DNA from: an uncultured Alphaproteobacteria bacterium
GTDB taxonomy: Bacteria > Pseudomonadota > Alphaproteobacteria > GCA-002720895
Direction of reading: 5' to 3'
DNA: 64,000 nucleotides
NCBI GenBank assembly: GCA_902607475.1
Contig: CACLKH010000003.1
Span: 521-64,520, forward strand
Part shown: one piece after another, positions 28,248-37,946 of the stretch
Position numbering within the stretch: the first letter of the stretch is position 1
Layout of the letters: each line of letters opens with the position of its first letter
The notes under the pieces: generated by a model
Database searches by the model: none
Told to the model about the DNA's origin: nothing
What the model saw: only the letters and a program-made list of their open reading frames with translations
Made by a program: the position numbers and the translations under genes

Positions 28248-30932
28248 GTGTTTTATACATTAAAAGATTTAAATTTTAAAAAATTTTTTTTAAAAACAAA
28301 AAAAAAAGTAGTTTTTAATCCAAATTTATTTTCTATAGAATTAAAAAAATTTTATGAAAATAAAAATAAAAAATTATTAAATAATTTTGAAAAAAGAAAT
28401 GATGGATTAGAATTAGCAAATAATCGTTCTAACCTTTTAGACCAAATTATTTCTAAATGTTATAATCATTATTTTTTAGAATTAAAAAAAAATATTAAAA
28501 ATTTTAAATGTTCTATAATTGCAACTGGCGGTTTTGGAAGAAAAGAATTAGCCCCATACTCTGATATTGATATTCTTTTTCTTCATTCTTTAAAAAGTAA
28601 AAAAGATTTAGAAGATTTTGTTAAACCTATATTGCACACTCTATGGAATTTAGGATTAAGAGTAGGTTATGCTACAAGAACATCTAAAGAATGTATTTTA
28701 TATAGTAAAAAAAAATTAGATGTTTGTACTTCTATTTTAGAAAGTAGATTTGTGGTTGGCAATAAAACTATTTATGAAAGTTTAATGAAAGAATATAAAA
28801 ATAATATTGTTGAAAAGTATAGAAAAAAATTTATAAAATCAATTTTTTTAGAAAGAAAAAAACGCTTAATTGAAACAGGTGATACTAGATATTTATTAGA
28901 GCCAAATGTTAAAAACGGAAAAGGCGGTATAAGAGATTTACAAACTTTAGATTGGATAGGAAAATTTGTTTATAAAATAACTAAATTAAAAGATTTAATA
29001 AATTATAAAATACTAGATAAAAATTCTGTAGATTCCTTTTTAAAAGCAAAAAAATTTTTTTGGACTGTAAGATCTTATTTACATATTATTTCTGAACGAC
29101 CAAATGAGCAATTGAACTTTGAGTATCAAAGTCTAGTAGCAAAGAAAATTGGATATAAAAAAACTAAAGCATTATTACATGTGGAAAAATTTATGAAAGA
29201 TTATTTTTTTACTGCTAAAAGAGTTAGCGATTTAATTAGAATATATTGTACTTTAATAGAAGACAAGGAAAAATTAATTCCTGGAATAAGAATAAGAAAG
29301 TCAAAAGAAATAAAAATTAATAATTTTGTTATAGAAAATAAAAGAATTGATTTTTCAGAAAATTTTAAATTTAAAAATATTTTTTTAAATAATTATAAAT
29401 CTTTTTTTGAGATTTTAGAAATTGCACAACAAAAAAAATTAGATGTTCATCCAAAAGCAGTAAGATTTATATTAGATAATGTAAAAAGAATAAGAAACAA
29501 AATTAGTGGAAAAAAAGAATTTTTATTATCATTTTTAAAAATTTTGAACTCTAAAAATAATACAGAAAAATTTTTAAAATTGATGAGCGATTTAGGTCTT
29601 CTTGGAATTTTAATTCCTGATTTTAAAAGAGTATCTGGACAAATACAGTTTGGAGGTTTTCATACTTATACAGTAGATGAACATACATTAAAAGCTATTG
29701 GTTATATTAATGATATTGAAGTAAAAAAAGATATTAAAGAAAATTTATTATACAATAAAATTTTTTCTGAGATTATTTCTTCAAAAATTCTTTACATTGC
29801 AATGTTTTTTCATGATTTAGGTAAGGGAACTGGATATGATCATTCAATCGTTTCAAGTGAAATTGCAAAAAAATTTTGTTCTTTTGTTGAAATTGATCAA
29901 ACTGAAAAAAATACAATTGTATGGTTAATTAAAAATCATTTATTGATGAATAGAATTTCTCAAAAAAGAGATATAGATGATATAAATACAATTTTTGAAT
30001 TTGCAAAAAAAGTTCAATCACAAGAAAGATTAAAATTATTATTTATTTTTACTGTAGCAGATATGAAAGCAACTGGAAAATCAATTTGGAATACTTGGAA
30101 TAAATTGCCTTTAGAACAGCTTTTTTTGAAGACAAGAAATTTGCTTATTGGTAGTTCAATAAATGCAAATAAAGAAGTAGTAAAAATTATTAAATTAAAA
30201 TTAGAAAAAAATAAAAATTTATCTTATAAAAAAAAAATTAGCAATTTAATAAAAATTTTGCCTAATGAGATTTATTTAAATAATAATCAAAAAAAAATAA
30301 TTAAATTTCTAAAAGTAATTCAAGAATATAAAAAAAAAACATGTATACAATTTTCTCAGGATAAACAAAGACTTGCAACAGAAATAATGGTTTATACAAA
30401 AGATAAACCAGGTTTACTATATAAATTGTCAGGAGCTGTATCTGTTTCTGGTTTTAATGTTATAGAAGCAAAAGTATCTACTTTGAAGAATGGAATGGCA
30501 TTGGATGTTTTATGGGTTAGGGACTTAAATGGTTTGATGTTAGATAATTTGTATCACTTTCCTAAATTAAAAGAAATTATGTATAAAATTTTATTAAATA
30601 ATTTTTCATTGAAAGAAAAAATACGAAATGAAAAAAATAAATACTTAAAAAAGAATTTATTTAATATAAATACTAAAATGTTCATTGATAATAATATGAG
30701 CAAAAATCATACAATTTTAGAAATAAATACTTTTGATAGAATTGGTTTAATTTATGATTTAACAAGAAAATTATATAAATTAGGATTTAAAATAAGTAGT
30801 GCTAAAATTTTAACAATAGGAAAAAAAATAAGTAATATTTTTTATATTCAAGATTTTAAAGAAAATAAAATAAAATCTGATTACAAAATTAATAAATTAA
30901 AAACAAGCATTATGTCGTTATTAAGGAATTAA
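28248..30932 (+). CDS. glnD: [protein-PII] uridylyltransferase/uridylyl-removing enzyme (GTG start)
   Basis: 894 aa; nucleotidyltransferase GGFGRKELAPYSDIDILFL, HD domain FHDLGKG, two C-terminal ACT domains. Confidence 0.9.
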   Translation: MFYTLKDLNFKKFFLKTKKKVVFNPNLFSIELKKFYENKNKKLLNNFEKRNDGLELANNRSNLLDQIISKCYNHYFLELKKNIKNFKCSIIATGGFGRKELAPYSDIDILFLHSLKSKKDLEDFVKPILHTLWNLGLRVGYATRTSKECILYSKKKLDVCTSILESRFVVGNKTIYESLMKEYKNNIVEKYRKKFIKSIFLERKKRLIETGDTRYLLEPNVKNGKGGIRDLQTLDWIGKFVYKITKLKDLINYKILDKNSVDSFLKAKKFFWTVRSYLHIISERPNEQLNFEYQSLVAKKIGYKKTKALLHVEKFMKDYFFTAKRVSDLIRIYCTLIEDKEKLIPGIRIRKSKEIKINNFVIENKRIDFSENFKFKNIFLNNYKSFFEILEIAQQKKLDVHPKAVRFILDNVKRIRNKISGKKEFLLSFLKILNSKNNTEKFLKLMSDLGLLGILIPDFKRVSGQIQFGGFHTYTVDEHTLKAIGYINDIEVKKDIKENLLYNKIFSEIISSKILYIAMFFHDLGKGTGYDHSIVSSEIAKKFCSFVEIDQTEKNTIVWLIKNHLLMNRISQKRDIDDINTIFEFAKKVQSQERLKLLFIFTVADMKATGKSIWNTWNKLPLEQLFLKTRNLLIGSSINANKEVVKIIKLKLEKNKNLSYKKKISNLIKILPNEIYLNNNQKKIIKFLKVIQEYKKKTCIQFSQDKQRLATEIMVYTKDKPGLLYKLSGAVSVSGFNVIEAKVSTLKNGMALDVLWVRDLNGLMLDNLYHFPKLKEIMYKILLNNFSLKEKIRNEKNKYLKKNLFNINTKMFIDNNMSKNHTILEINTFDRIGLIYDLTRKLYKLGFKISSAKILTIGKKISNIFYIQDFKENKIKSDYKINKLKTSIMSLLRN

Positions 30933-30952
30933 TTTTTTTTAATATATTTTTC

Positions 30953-32482
30953 ATGAAATTAATAAAACCTTTTTTAACAATAAGCGGTTTTACATTTATA
31001 AGTAAAATTTTAGGTTTTATAAGAGATATATTGATAGCTGCTTTTGTAGGAGCAGGAGTTATCGCGGATGTTTTTTTTGTAGCTTTTAAACTTCCTAATT
31101 TTTTTAGACGCTTATTTGCAGAAGGGGCATTCTCTGCAGCATTTATACCAATTTTTTCTTCAATATTAAAAACAGAAGGAAAACATAAGGCACTTCGATT
31201 TAGTTCAGAAGTTTTATCTCTACTTTTTTTCGTTCTTTTCATTGTAATAATAATTTTTGAGTTTTTAATGCCATTAATTGTATACTTTTTGGCTCCAGGT
31301 TTTGCTAATGATCCAATTAAATTAAATTTATTAATTGAATTTTCTCGTATAACTTTTCCATATTTATTTTTTATTTCTTTAGTTTCTTTATATACAGGAG
31401 TACTAAATTCTTTTAACAAATTTGCAGCAGGTTCAGCTGCTCCAATACTTTTAAATTTAACTTTTATAGCATTTATATTTTGTTTTGAAGAAATTTTTAA
31501 AACAAAAGGACATATGTTATCTTGGGCTGTTTTTTTTGCAGGATTCTTTCAATTAATTTTTTTAATGTTTGCAATATTTAAAAATGATTTACAAATTTTT
31601 TTTGTTCGACCGAAATATTCTAGACATATAAAAAAATTATTTAAATTAATTGTGCCTGGAGCAATTGGTGCTGGAGTTATTCAAATAAATTTATTAATTG
31701 ATGTAATTTTAGCATCATTTTTAAATACAGGGTCAATATCCTATTTATATTATGCTGAACGTATAAATCAGTTGCCAATTGCTTTAATTGGTGTGGCACT
31801 TGGTACAGCTCTTTTACCTACTTTATCTAAGCAGATAAGTAAAAATGAAAAAGGAAAAGCCCTTTACACGCAAAATCGAGCAGTTGAATTTTGTTTAACA
31901 TTGGCAATACCTGCATCTATAGCAATATTTATAATAGCTGAACCAATAATAGAATCTTTTTTTCAGAGAGGCGAATTTTCTCAAACTGATACAATACTTT
32001 CAGCAAAAGCTTTACAAGCATTTGCAGTCGGTGTTCCTGCATATGTTTTAGTTAAAATTTTAGCGCCAATTTTTTTTTCAAGGCAAGATACTGTAACACC
32101 AGTGAAAATTGCAATTTTTTGTGTTTTTATAAACTTTTTATTTAATATTATTTTAATGCAATTTTACCAACATGTTGGAATAGCAATTGCAACAGCAATA
32201 GCTTCTTGGTTAAATTGTTTATTACTTTTTTATATTTTATTAAAATCAAAAGAGTTTGTATTTGACAAACTTCTTAAAGAAAATTTTAAAAAAATGCTTA
32301 TAGCTAATATAATTTTTGCAATTCTTGTTTTTTATTTTAAGGATTTTATTAATATATTTTCTAGTTATAGATTTTTAAATTTGTCAATTTTTGTTTTATT
32401 AAGTATCGGTTTTTATTTTTTATTATTAAGTTTTTTTAAAATTTTTATTTTTTCAAATTTTAGATTATTTAAGTTAAGATAA
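30953..32482 (+). CDS. murJ: lipid II flippase MurJ
   Basis: 509 aa; SKILGFIRDILIAAFVGAG...FFVAFKLPNFFRRLFAEGAFSAAFIPIF. Confidence 0.9.
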   Translation: MKLIKPFLTISGFTFISKILGFIRDILIAAFVGAGVIADVFFVAFKLPNFFRRLFAEGAFSAAFIPIFSSILKTEGKHKALRFSSEVLSLLFFVLFIVIIIFEFLMPLIVYFLAPGFANDPIKLNLLIEFSRITFPYLFFISLVSLYTGVLNSFNKFAAGSAAPILLNLTFIAFIFCFEEIFKTKGHMLSWAVFFAGFFQLIFLMFAIFKNDLQIFFVRPKYSRHIKKLFKLIVPGAIGAGVIQINLLIDVILASFLNTGSISYLYYAERINQLPIALIGVALGTALLPTLSKQISKNEKGKALYTQNRAVEFCLTLAIPASIAIFIIAEPIIESFFQRGEFSQTDTILSAKALQAFAVGVPAYVLVKILAPIFFSRQDTVTPVKIAIFCVFINFLFNIILMQFYQHVGIAIATAIASWLNCLLLFYILLKSKEFVFDKLLKENFKKMLIANIIFAILVFYFKDFINIFSSYRFLNLSIFVLLSIGFYFLLLSFFKIFIFSNFRLFKLR

Positions 32483-32486
32483 ATAT

Positions 32487-33485
32487 ATGAAAAGAATATT
32501 TTCAGGGGTTCAACCAACCGGAAATTTACATTTAGGAAATTATCTAGGGGCAATTAAAAATTGGGTTTCTCTACAAAAAGACTTTGAATGCATTTTTTGT
32601 ATTGTAGATTTACATGCTATTACTATTAAACAAGACCCAAAAGAATTAGAAAGTAATACTTTAGAAGTAACAGCAGCGTATTTAGCATCAGGAATTAATC
32701 CGAAAAAAACCATAATTTTTAATCAAAGCTCAGTTTATGCACATACCGAATTAACATGGTTACTTAGTTGTTTTACACCTATTGGTTGGTTAAATAGAAT
32801 GACACAATTTAAAGAAAAAGCAGGGAAAAAAAAGGATGCGGCAGTTTTGGGATTGTATAGTTATCCAGTTTTAATGGCATCTGATATTTTGGCTTATAAA
32901 GCAACTCATGTTCCAGTAGGTGAAGATCAAAAGCAACATTTAGAATTAGCAAGGGATATTGCAAATACATTTAATCAAACTTACAGTAATAATTTTTTTC
33001 CATTACCGGAGCCACAGATTTTTGGTGAAGCAACTAGGGTTATGAGTCTAAGAAATGGAGAGGATAAGATGAGTAAATCTGATGAATCTGATTATTCAAG
33101 AATAAATATAACTGATACTAAAGATTTGATAAATTTAAAAATACAAAAAGCAAAAACAGATCCTCATTCATTACCATCTAAAAAAGAAGAACTTGAAAAT
33201 AGACCAGAAGCTGCAAATTTATTAGGAATTTATTCAGCATTAAAAAATGAAAAATTAGATAAAGTAATCAAAGAAATGTCAGGAAAAGATTTTTTAAGTT
33301 TTAAAAAATTATTAGCTGAATTGACTATAAGTAAAATCGAACCAATTTCAAAAAAAATGAATGATTATTTAAAAAATAAGGATTATTTGAAAAAAATTTT
33401 AAAAGAAGGTAAAGAAAAAGCCGATGATATTTCGTCTAAAAATTTGTTAGAAATAAAAAAAATTATTGGCTTATTGATTATTTAA
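32487..33485 (+). CDS. trpS: tryptophan--tRNA ligase
   Basis: 332 aa; HIGH-like GNLHLGNYLG and KMSKS motif present. Confidence 0.95.
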   Translation: MKRIFSGVQPTGNLHLGNYLGAIKNWVSLQKDFECIFCIVDLHAITIKQDPKELESNTLEVTAAYLASGINPKKTIIFNQSSVYAHTELTWLLSCFTPIGWLNRMTQFKEKAGKKKDAAVLGLYSYPVLMASDILAYKATHVPVGEDQKQHLELARDIANTFNQTYSNNFFPLPEPQIFGEATRVMSLRNGEDKMSKSDESDYSRINITDTKDLINLKIQKAKTDPHSLPSKKEELENRPEAANLLGIYSALKNEKLDKVIKEMSGKDFLSFKKLLAELTISKIEPISKKMNDYLKNKDYLKKILKEGKEKADDISSKNLLEIKKIIGLLII

Positions 33486-33509
33486 TTTAAATATATTATA
33501 TCTTGCATT

Positions 33510-34058
33510 ATGAATATTGAAACAGTATTAACGCCTAATCCAGAAACTTTAAAATTTATGGTTGATAAAGCATATATCTTTCAAAGTGGTATTGAAATCA
33601 AGAATGAAAAAGAAGCAAAAAAATTTAAATTTACCAAAGATTGTTTTCAATTAAAAGGAATAAAAAGAATTTTTATTGGTGAAAATTTTATTGCTATAAC
33701 AAAAGAAAAAAATATAACTTGGAATTATTTAAAAACAAAAGTACTTACGTTTACTTTAGATTTTATTTCTTTAAATAAAATTTTAATTGAAAAAGAAATT
33801 ATAAAAAAAGGTAAAAAAAAAGACAGGAAAAATAAAATTTCAATGGAGATTGAAAAAATAATTGATGAAAAAGTTAGGCCTGCTGTTGCTAGAGATGGAG
33901 GGGATATAATTTTTGAAAGTTTTGATAAAGGCATTGTTTACCTAACACTTAAAGGTGCGTGCGTAGGTTGCCCTAGTTCAACAGCGACTTTAAAGCAAGG
34001 AATTGAGAATTTATTAATGCATTATTTTTCTGAAGTTAAAGAAGTAAGGTCGCTTTAA
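33510..34058 (+). CDS. Nfu/NifU-type Fe-S cluster carrier (Nfu_N scaffold domain plus NifU C-terminal CxxC domain)
   Basis: 182 aa; TPNPETLKF at the N-terminus; C-terminal VRPAVARDGGDI...LKGACVGCPSS. Confidence 0.8.
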   Translation: MNIETVLTPNPETLKFMVDKAYIFQSGIEIKNEKEAKKFKFTKDCFQLKGIKRIFIGENFIAITKEKNITWNYLKTKVLTFTLDFISLNKILIEKEIIKKGKKKDRKNKISMEIEKIIDEKVRPAVARDGGDIIFESFDKGIVYLTLKGACVGCPSSTATLKQGIENLLMHYFSEVKEVRSL

Positions 34059-34063
34059 ATTAT

Positions 34064-34083
34064 ATTGATATATATATATCAAT
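34064..34083. repeat. perfect 20-bp palindrome ATTGATATATATATATCAAT, 5 nt downstream of the nfu-like gene stop
   Basis: Read directly from the sequence; it is self-complementary over its full length and contains (TA)5. Confidence 0.9.
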
Positions 34084-34221
34084 TATCGGATAAATTAACT
34101 ATCTAATATGATCAAAAATATATTTTTTTGCTCTTCTATATTATTAACTGATTTATCTGATTTTAATTGCAAATAACAACTTTTTGTGGTATAATAAATA
34201 ATATCTACTATATATAGTATA

Positions 34222-35103
34222 ATGAATAAATCGAGAAATAAAAAAAAATCGACAAATCCTCATATTTCATATAAATACATAGCAGCTTTTTGTGTAACAT
34301 TTGCTATTTTTAATTTTTTTGTTGAAAAAATAGCAAGTAAAAATGAAGGAAAAAATAATCCTCAAATTCAAAATATAAGATTTAACCAAGTTCAAAGTTA
34401 TAAATCTAATTTAGTAAAACAAAAATTCTCAAAAATAACTGTTAAAAATAATATTAAAACTCCTTCAGTGCAGAATAGAAAAAGTGAATTTATTGCTAAT
34501 TTATTTCCAATTGTACGCAGTGCTAATCAAGATATTATAGAGAAACGAAATATTATTTTTTTAATAGAAAAAAAAATAAAAAGTAATGATTTAAATGTGT
34601 TAGAAGCAGCTATTCTAAAAAAATTATTTAATGAATATAAAGTTAAAAATAATGACTTAGCAGAACTAAAAAAAAGAATTGATATTGTTCCAATATCTCT
34701 TGCAATCGCCCAAGCAGCAATTGAAAGTGGATGGGGTACATCTAGATTTGCTCAAGAAGGCAACGCTTATTTTGGACAAAAAATTATTGGAATTAAAGCA
34801 GATGGCATTAAACCTAGTGATTCTGAAAATCCTTTAATCAAAGTAAGAATTTTTGAAAATTTAAATGATTCAGTTGAAGCTTATATAAATAATTTGAACA
34901 CTCATTTTGCTTATAAAAATTTCAGAAAATCTAGAAATGAATTAAGATCATTTGGTAAAACACTCGAAGGAAAAATTTTAGTTAATCAACTAAAAAAATA
35001 TTCTGAATTAGGTAATGAATATATTGCTAGTGTTCAAGAGATTATTAAAAAAAATAATTTAAGTAAGTTTGATTTTATTGAATATACAAGCGCTCAACGT
35101 TAA
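34222..35103 (+). CDS. Bax/FlgJ-type N-acetylglucosaminidase-domain protein (membrane anchored)
   Basis: 293 aa; LAIAQAAIESGWGTSRFAQEGNAYFGQK resembles the glucosaminidase (FlgJ C-terminal/Bax) active-site region. Confidence 0.65.
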   Translation: MNKSRNKKKSTNPHISYKYIAAFCVTFAIFNFFVEKIASKNEGKNNPQIQNIRFNQVQSYKSNLVKQKFSKITVKNNIKTPSVQNRKSEFIANLFPIVRSANQDIIEKRNIIFLIEKKIKSNDLNVLEAAILKKLFNEYKVKNNDLAELKKRIDIVPISLAIAQAAIESGWGTSRFAQEGNAYFGQKIIGIKADGIKPSDSENPLIKVRIFENLNDSVEAYINNLNTHFAYKNFRKSRNELRSFGKTLEGKILVNQLKKYSELGNEYIASVQEIIKKNNLSKFDFIEYTSAQR

Positions 35104-36113
35104 GGATAAAAAAACTGAAATCCTGTCCATCTCCATTTACCTTTATCATTTGTTGTGCAGTTAATTCTGGTGCGTCCTTTTGGAAATTCTCTATCAAAAC
35201 GAACTTCAATTCTTTTATCTCCTAATTTAGTTAATTTTGCATTTATATTATGTGAAGGATAACATTTTATTTGACTTTCTATATTATTTAATAAATTAAA
35301 ACCCAACAAAGGAGGATTAATATTATTTACTATCTTTCCTTTTGGTAAAATATTTTTAACTTGTAGTCCATAAGAATTAGCAGCAAATTTAAAACGTTCT
35401 AAATCACCGTATTGTTCATTCATTGAAAATCTTGGTAATTCAAAAATGTCAATTTCATTATATATACCACCAGATTGTTGACCAAAAGCTGCTTTAAAAT
35501 ATTCTTTAACAATTTGTTTTATTTCATAACTATATTCACCGTATGGATATGCGAAGATATCTGGTACAAATCCAAGATTTTTTAAAAAATCATCGCTAGC
35601 TTCTTCAATTTCATTAATTATTGTTTCTTTATCTTTATTAACAAGATGAAAATGACTTTTTGTATGATGACCTATTATCACACCAGAATTTACCATTTCT
35701 CTTAGTTGATCCCAATTCATATAATTTTTTAAATTAGCTCCAACTGGTTTTGTTGAAACAAAAACTGTAAACGGTAATTTTTTTTCTTTAAGAAGTGGCC
35801 ATGCTTCTTTATAAATACTTAAAAAAGCATCATCCATTGTTAATACCGCTGTTTTTTCTGGTATATTTTTTTTGTTTATTAAAATATCTATTAGTTGCTC
35901 AGTTGAAATTACGTTATAACTATTATTTGCTAATTCCTGAATATGTTTTTTAAACTGGGATATTTTAATATTAGTAGAAGGATATTTATTTTCTCCAAAC
36001 CTATGATATACAAAAACAGCAGCTGAATTTTCTTTAGCATTAGCAAATGATTGTTCAATAAATATTATTATTATAATTAGAAAACTTATTAGAAATTTAT
36101 TCAATTTAAACAT
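35100..36113 (-). CDS. polysaccharide deacetylase (NodB-fold) family protein, secreted
   Basis: 337 aa; signal peptide; NodB motifs TMDDAF, ...HHTKSHFHL; extra C-terminal domain. Confidence 0.75.
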   Translation of the reverse strand: MFKLNKFLISFLIIIIIFIEQSFANAKENSAAVFVYHRFGENKYPSTNIKISQFKKHIQELANNSYNVISTEQLIDILINKKNIPEKTAVLTMDDAFLSIYKEAWPLLKEKKLPFTVFVSTKPVGANLKNYMNWDQLREMVNSGVIIGHHTKSHFHLVNKDKETIINEIEEASDDFLKNLGFVPDIFAYPYGEYSYEIKQIVKEYFKAAFGQQSGGIYNEIDIFELPRFSMNEQYGDLERFKFAANSYGLQVKNILPKGKIVNNINPPLLGFNLLNNIESQIKCYPSHNINAKLTKLGDKRIEVRFDREFPKGRTRINCTTNDKGKWRWTGFQFFYP

Positions 36114-36115
36114 TT

Positions 36116-36667
36116 TTACATTATAGGTCTTTTTAACATACTATTTTTTATTAATTTATATTTTTTAGAGTCAAATAATTGATAATGCCACCATTCTTTT
36201 TTATAAAAATCCCATCCTGCTGCTAACATTATTCCTAATAAAATAAATCTATTTTTTTGAGCATCTTTCGATATTTCGATATTTCCATGAAAGGACTTTG
36301 AGGAAAAGTTGTCAAAATTAGTCCCCATATTTAATTCATAATTATTTTTATTTATTAAGGTTAGGTCAATTGCTACACCTCTTGAATGAGGAGAACCCTT
36401 TTCTGGATGAGCTATAAAATTTTCATTTGGTGTATGTTCCCATAATTTCCATTGTGCTTCAGTTGGCCTAAAAGCATCAAAAATTTTTAATTTAAGATTT
36501 AATTTTGTTGCTAGTTCTATACTTTTTTCAAAAAAAGGGATTGTTACTTTATGTAAATAACAATCTTTTTTTTTATAAATTTGTTTACCTGTAAAATTTT
36601 TTTTTGTAGCGTAAAGAAGATCTATTTCAATAGGATATTTTTTTTTTGTTATTTTTACTAAATCCAT
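36116..36667 (-). CDS. D-alanyl-D-alanine dipeptidase (peptidase M15D, VanX/DdpX-like)
   Basis: 183 aa; SPHSRGVAIDLTL zinc-ligand motif and EWWHY match VanX-type dipeptidases. Confidence 0.75.
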   Translation of the reverse strand: MDLVKITKKKYPIEIDLLYATKKNFTGKQIYKKKDCYLHKVTIPFFEKSIELATKLNLKLKIFDAFRPTEAQWKLWEHTPNENFIAHPEKGSPHSRGVAIDLTLINKNNYELNMGTNFDNFSSKSFHGNIEISKDAQKNRFILLGIMLAAGWDFYKKEWWHYQLFDSKKYKLIKNSMLKRPIM

Positions 36668-36705
36668 AATTATGTTTTTTAAATAAAAATTAAAATACTA
36701 TAAAA

Positions 36706-37362
36706 ATGAATATATTAGCTTTTGATACAAGTACAGAAAAATTTTCTATTTCTATATTAAAAAATAATAAGATTGTTTTGAATTTATCAAAAATTATAAA
36801 TAAAACATATTCCAAATTCTTAATACCAATATTAAAAAAATCATTGGAAAAAAGTAAATTAGATGTAAAAGAAATAAATTATATATTAATATCTTTAGGC
36901 CCAGGGTCTTTTACTGGGGTAAGAATAGGTATTGCAGCTGCAAAAGGATTAGGAATACCACATAAAATAAGTATTTCAGGATTTAATAATATGGATATTT
37001 TAGCAAATTCTATAAACGAAAATATTAAAGGAAAAAGAATAGTAACTATAATTAAGAGTAAAAAAAGTGATTATTATTTTCAAGTATTTGATTCAAAAAA
37101 AAAGCCAATAAAAAAAATTTCTTTTTTTTCAATTAATAATTTACCTAGTTTTTTTTTTAAGAAAAATATAGTTTTTTCTGGTGATTTAGATATAGAATTG
37201 ATTAAAGAAATAAAAAAAATAAAAAAAAAAATATTTGTTTATAAAAAAAAAATTTCGAATGCTAGTCTATTAATTAATTTGATAAAAAAAAAACGACATG
37301 TTAACACGATAAAGTCTTTAAATCCTCTTTATGTTTACAAACATTATGCAAAAAAAAATTAA
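36706..37362 (+). CDS. tsaB: tRNA threonylcarbamoyladenosine biosynthesis protein TsaB (YeaZ)
   Basis: 218 aa; MNILAFDTSTEKFSISI...GPGSFTGVRIGIAAAKGL; K-rich C-terminal part encoded by A10-A11 runs. Confidence 0.75.
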   Translation: MNILAFDTSTEKFSISILKNNKIVLNLSKIINKTYSKFLIPILKKSLEKSKLDVKEINYILISLGPGSFTGVRIGIAAAKGLGIPHKISISGFNNMDILANSINENIKGKRIVTIIKSKKSDYYFQVFDSKKKPIKKISFFSINNLPSFFFKKNIVFSGDLDIELIKEIKKIKKKIFVYKKKISNASLLINLIKKKRHVNTIKSLNPLYVYKHYAKKN

Positions 37363-37431
37363 TATTCTTTTTTAAATCTTATTAATTTTATTTTAATTTC
37401 ATAATTATATTATTAGTATTAAACTTTAAGT

Positions 37432-37875
37432 ATGGAAAAAAATATAAAACATTTAGATATTTATGAATTATGCAAACAGAACGGAGTTAAAATGACTTCT
37501 CAAAGAGAAACCATTGCAGGGGTAATAAATAATTCTAAAGATCATCCTGATGTTGAAAAAATTTATGAAAGAGCAAATAAAAAAAATAATAAAATAAGCC
37601 TTGCCACTGTTTACCGTACCGTGAAATTATTTGAAGATGCTAAAGTTATAATTAAACATGAGTTTAAATTTGGTGAAGAAAAAGCAAGATATGAATCAGT
37701 AACAAAATGGGAACATAATCATTTAATTGATGTAATATCAGGAGATGTTGTTGAATTCCAAAATCCTGGTTTTGAAAAATTATCAAAAAAAATTGCAGAT
37801 AAAATGGGTTATAAAGTAATTGGATATAAATTAGAATTGTTTGGATTAAAAGAAGCGTGTAAAAAAATAAAATAA
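37432..37875 (+). CDS. fur: Fur-family transcriptional regulator (ferric uptake regulator-like)
   Basis: 147 aa; winged-helix TSQRETIAGVI...ISLATVYRTVKLFEDAKVI, metal site HNHLID. Confidence 0.8.
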   Translation: MEKNIKHLDIYELCKQNGVKMTSQRETIAGVINNSKDHPDVEKIYERANKKNNKISLATVYRTVKLFEDAKVIIKHEFKFGEEKARYESVTKWEHNHLIDVISGDVVEFQNPGFEKLSKKIADKMGYKVIGYKLELFGLKEACKKIK

Positions 37876-37946
37876 GAATTTTTTTAATTAATTAAGGAAA
37901 AAAAATCATACTAAAATATAAATATAATCAGGCAAAAAAAAGAAGA

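Noticed and set aside
37363-37431. Fur-box-like AT-rich sequence (CATAATTATATTATTAG) upstream of fur
   Set aside because: A GATAAT-hexamer-like sequence in a roughly 70% AT intergenic region cannot be told apart from background without a genome-wide PWM scan. The match to the 19-bp Fur box is poor.
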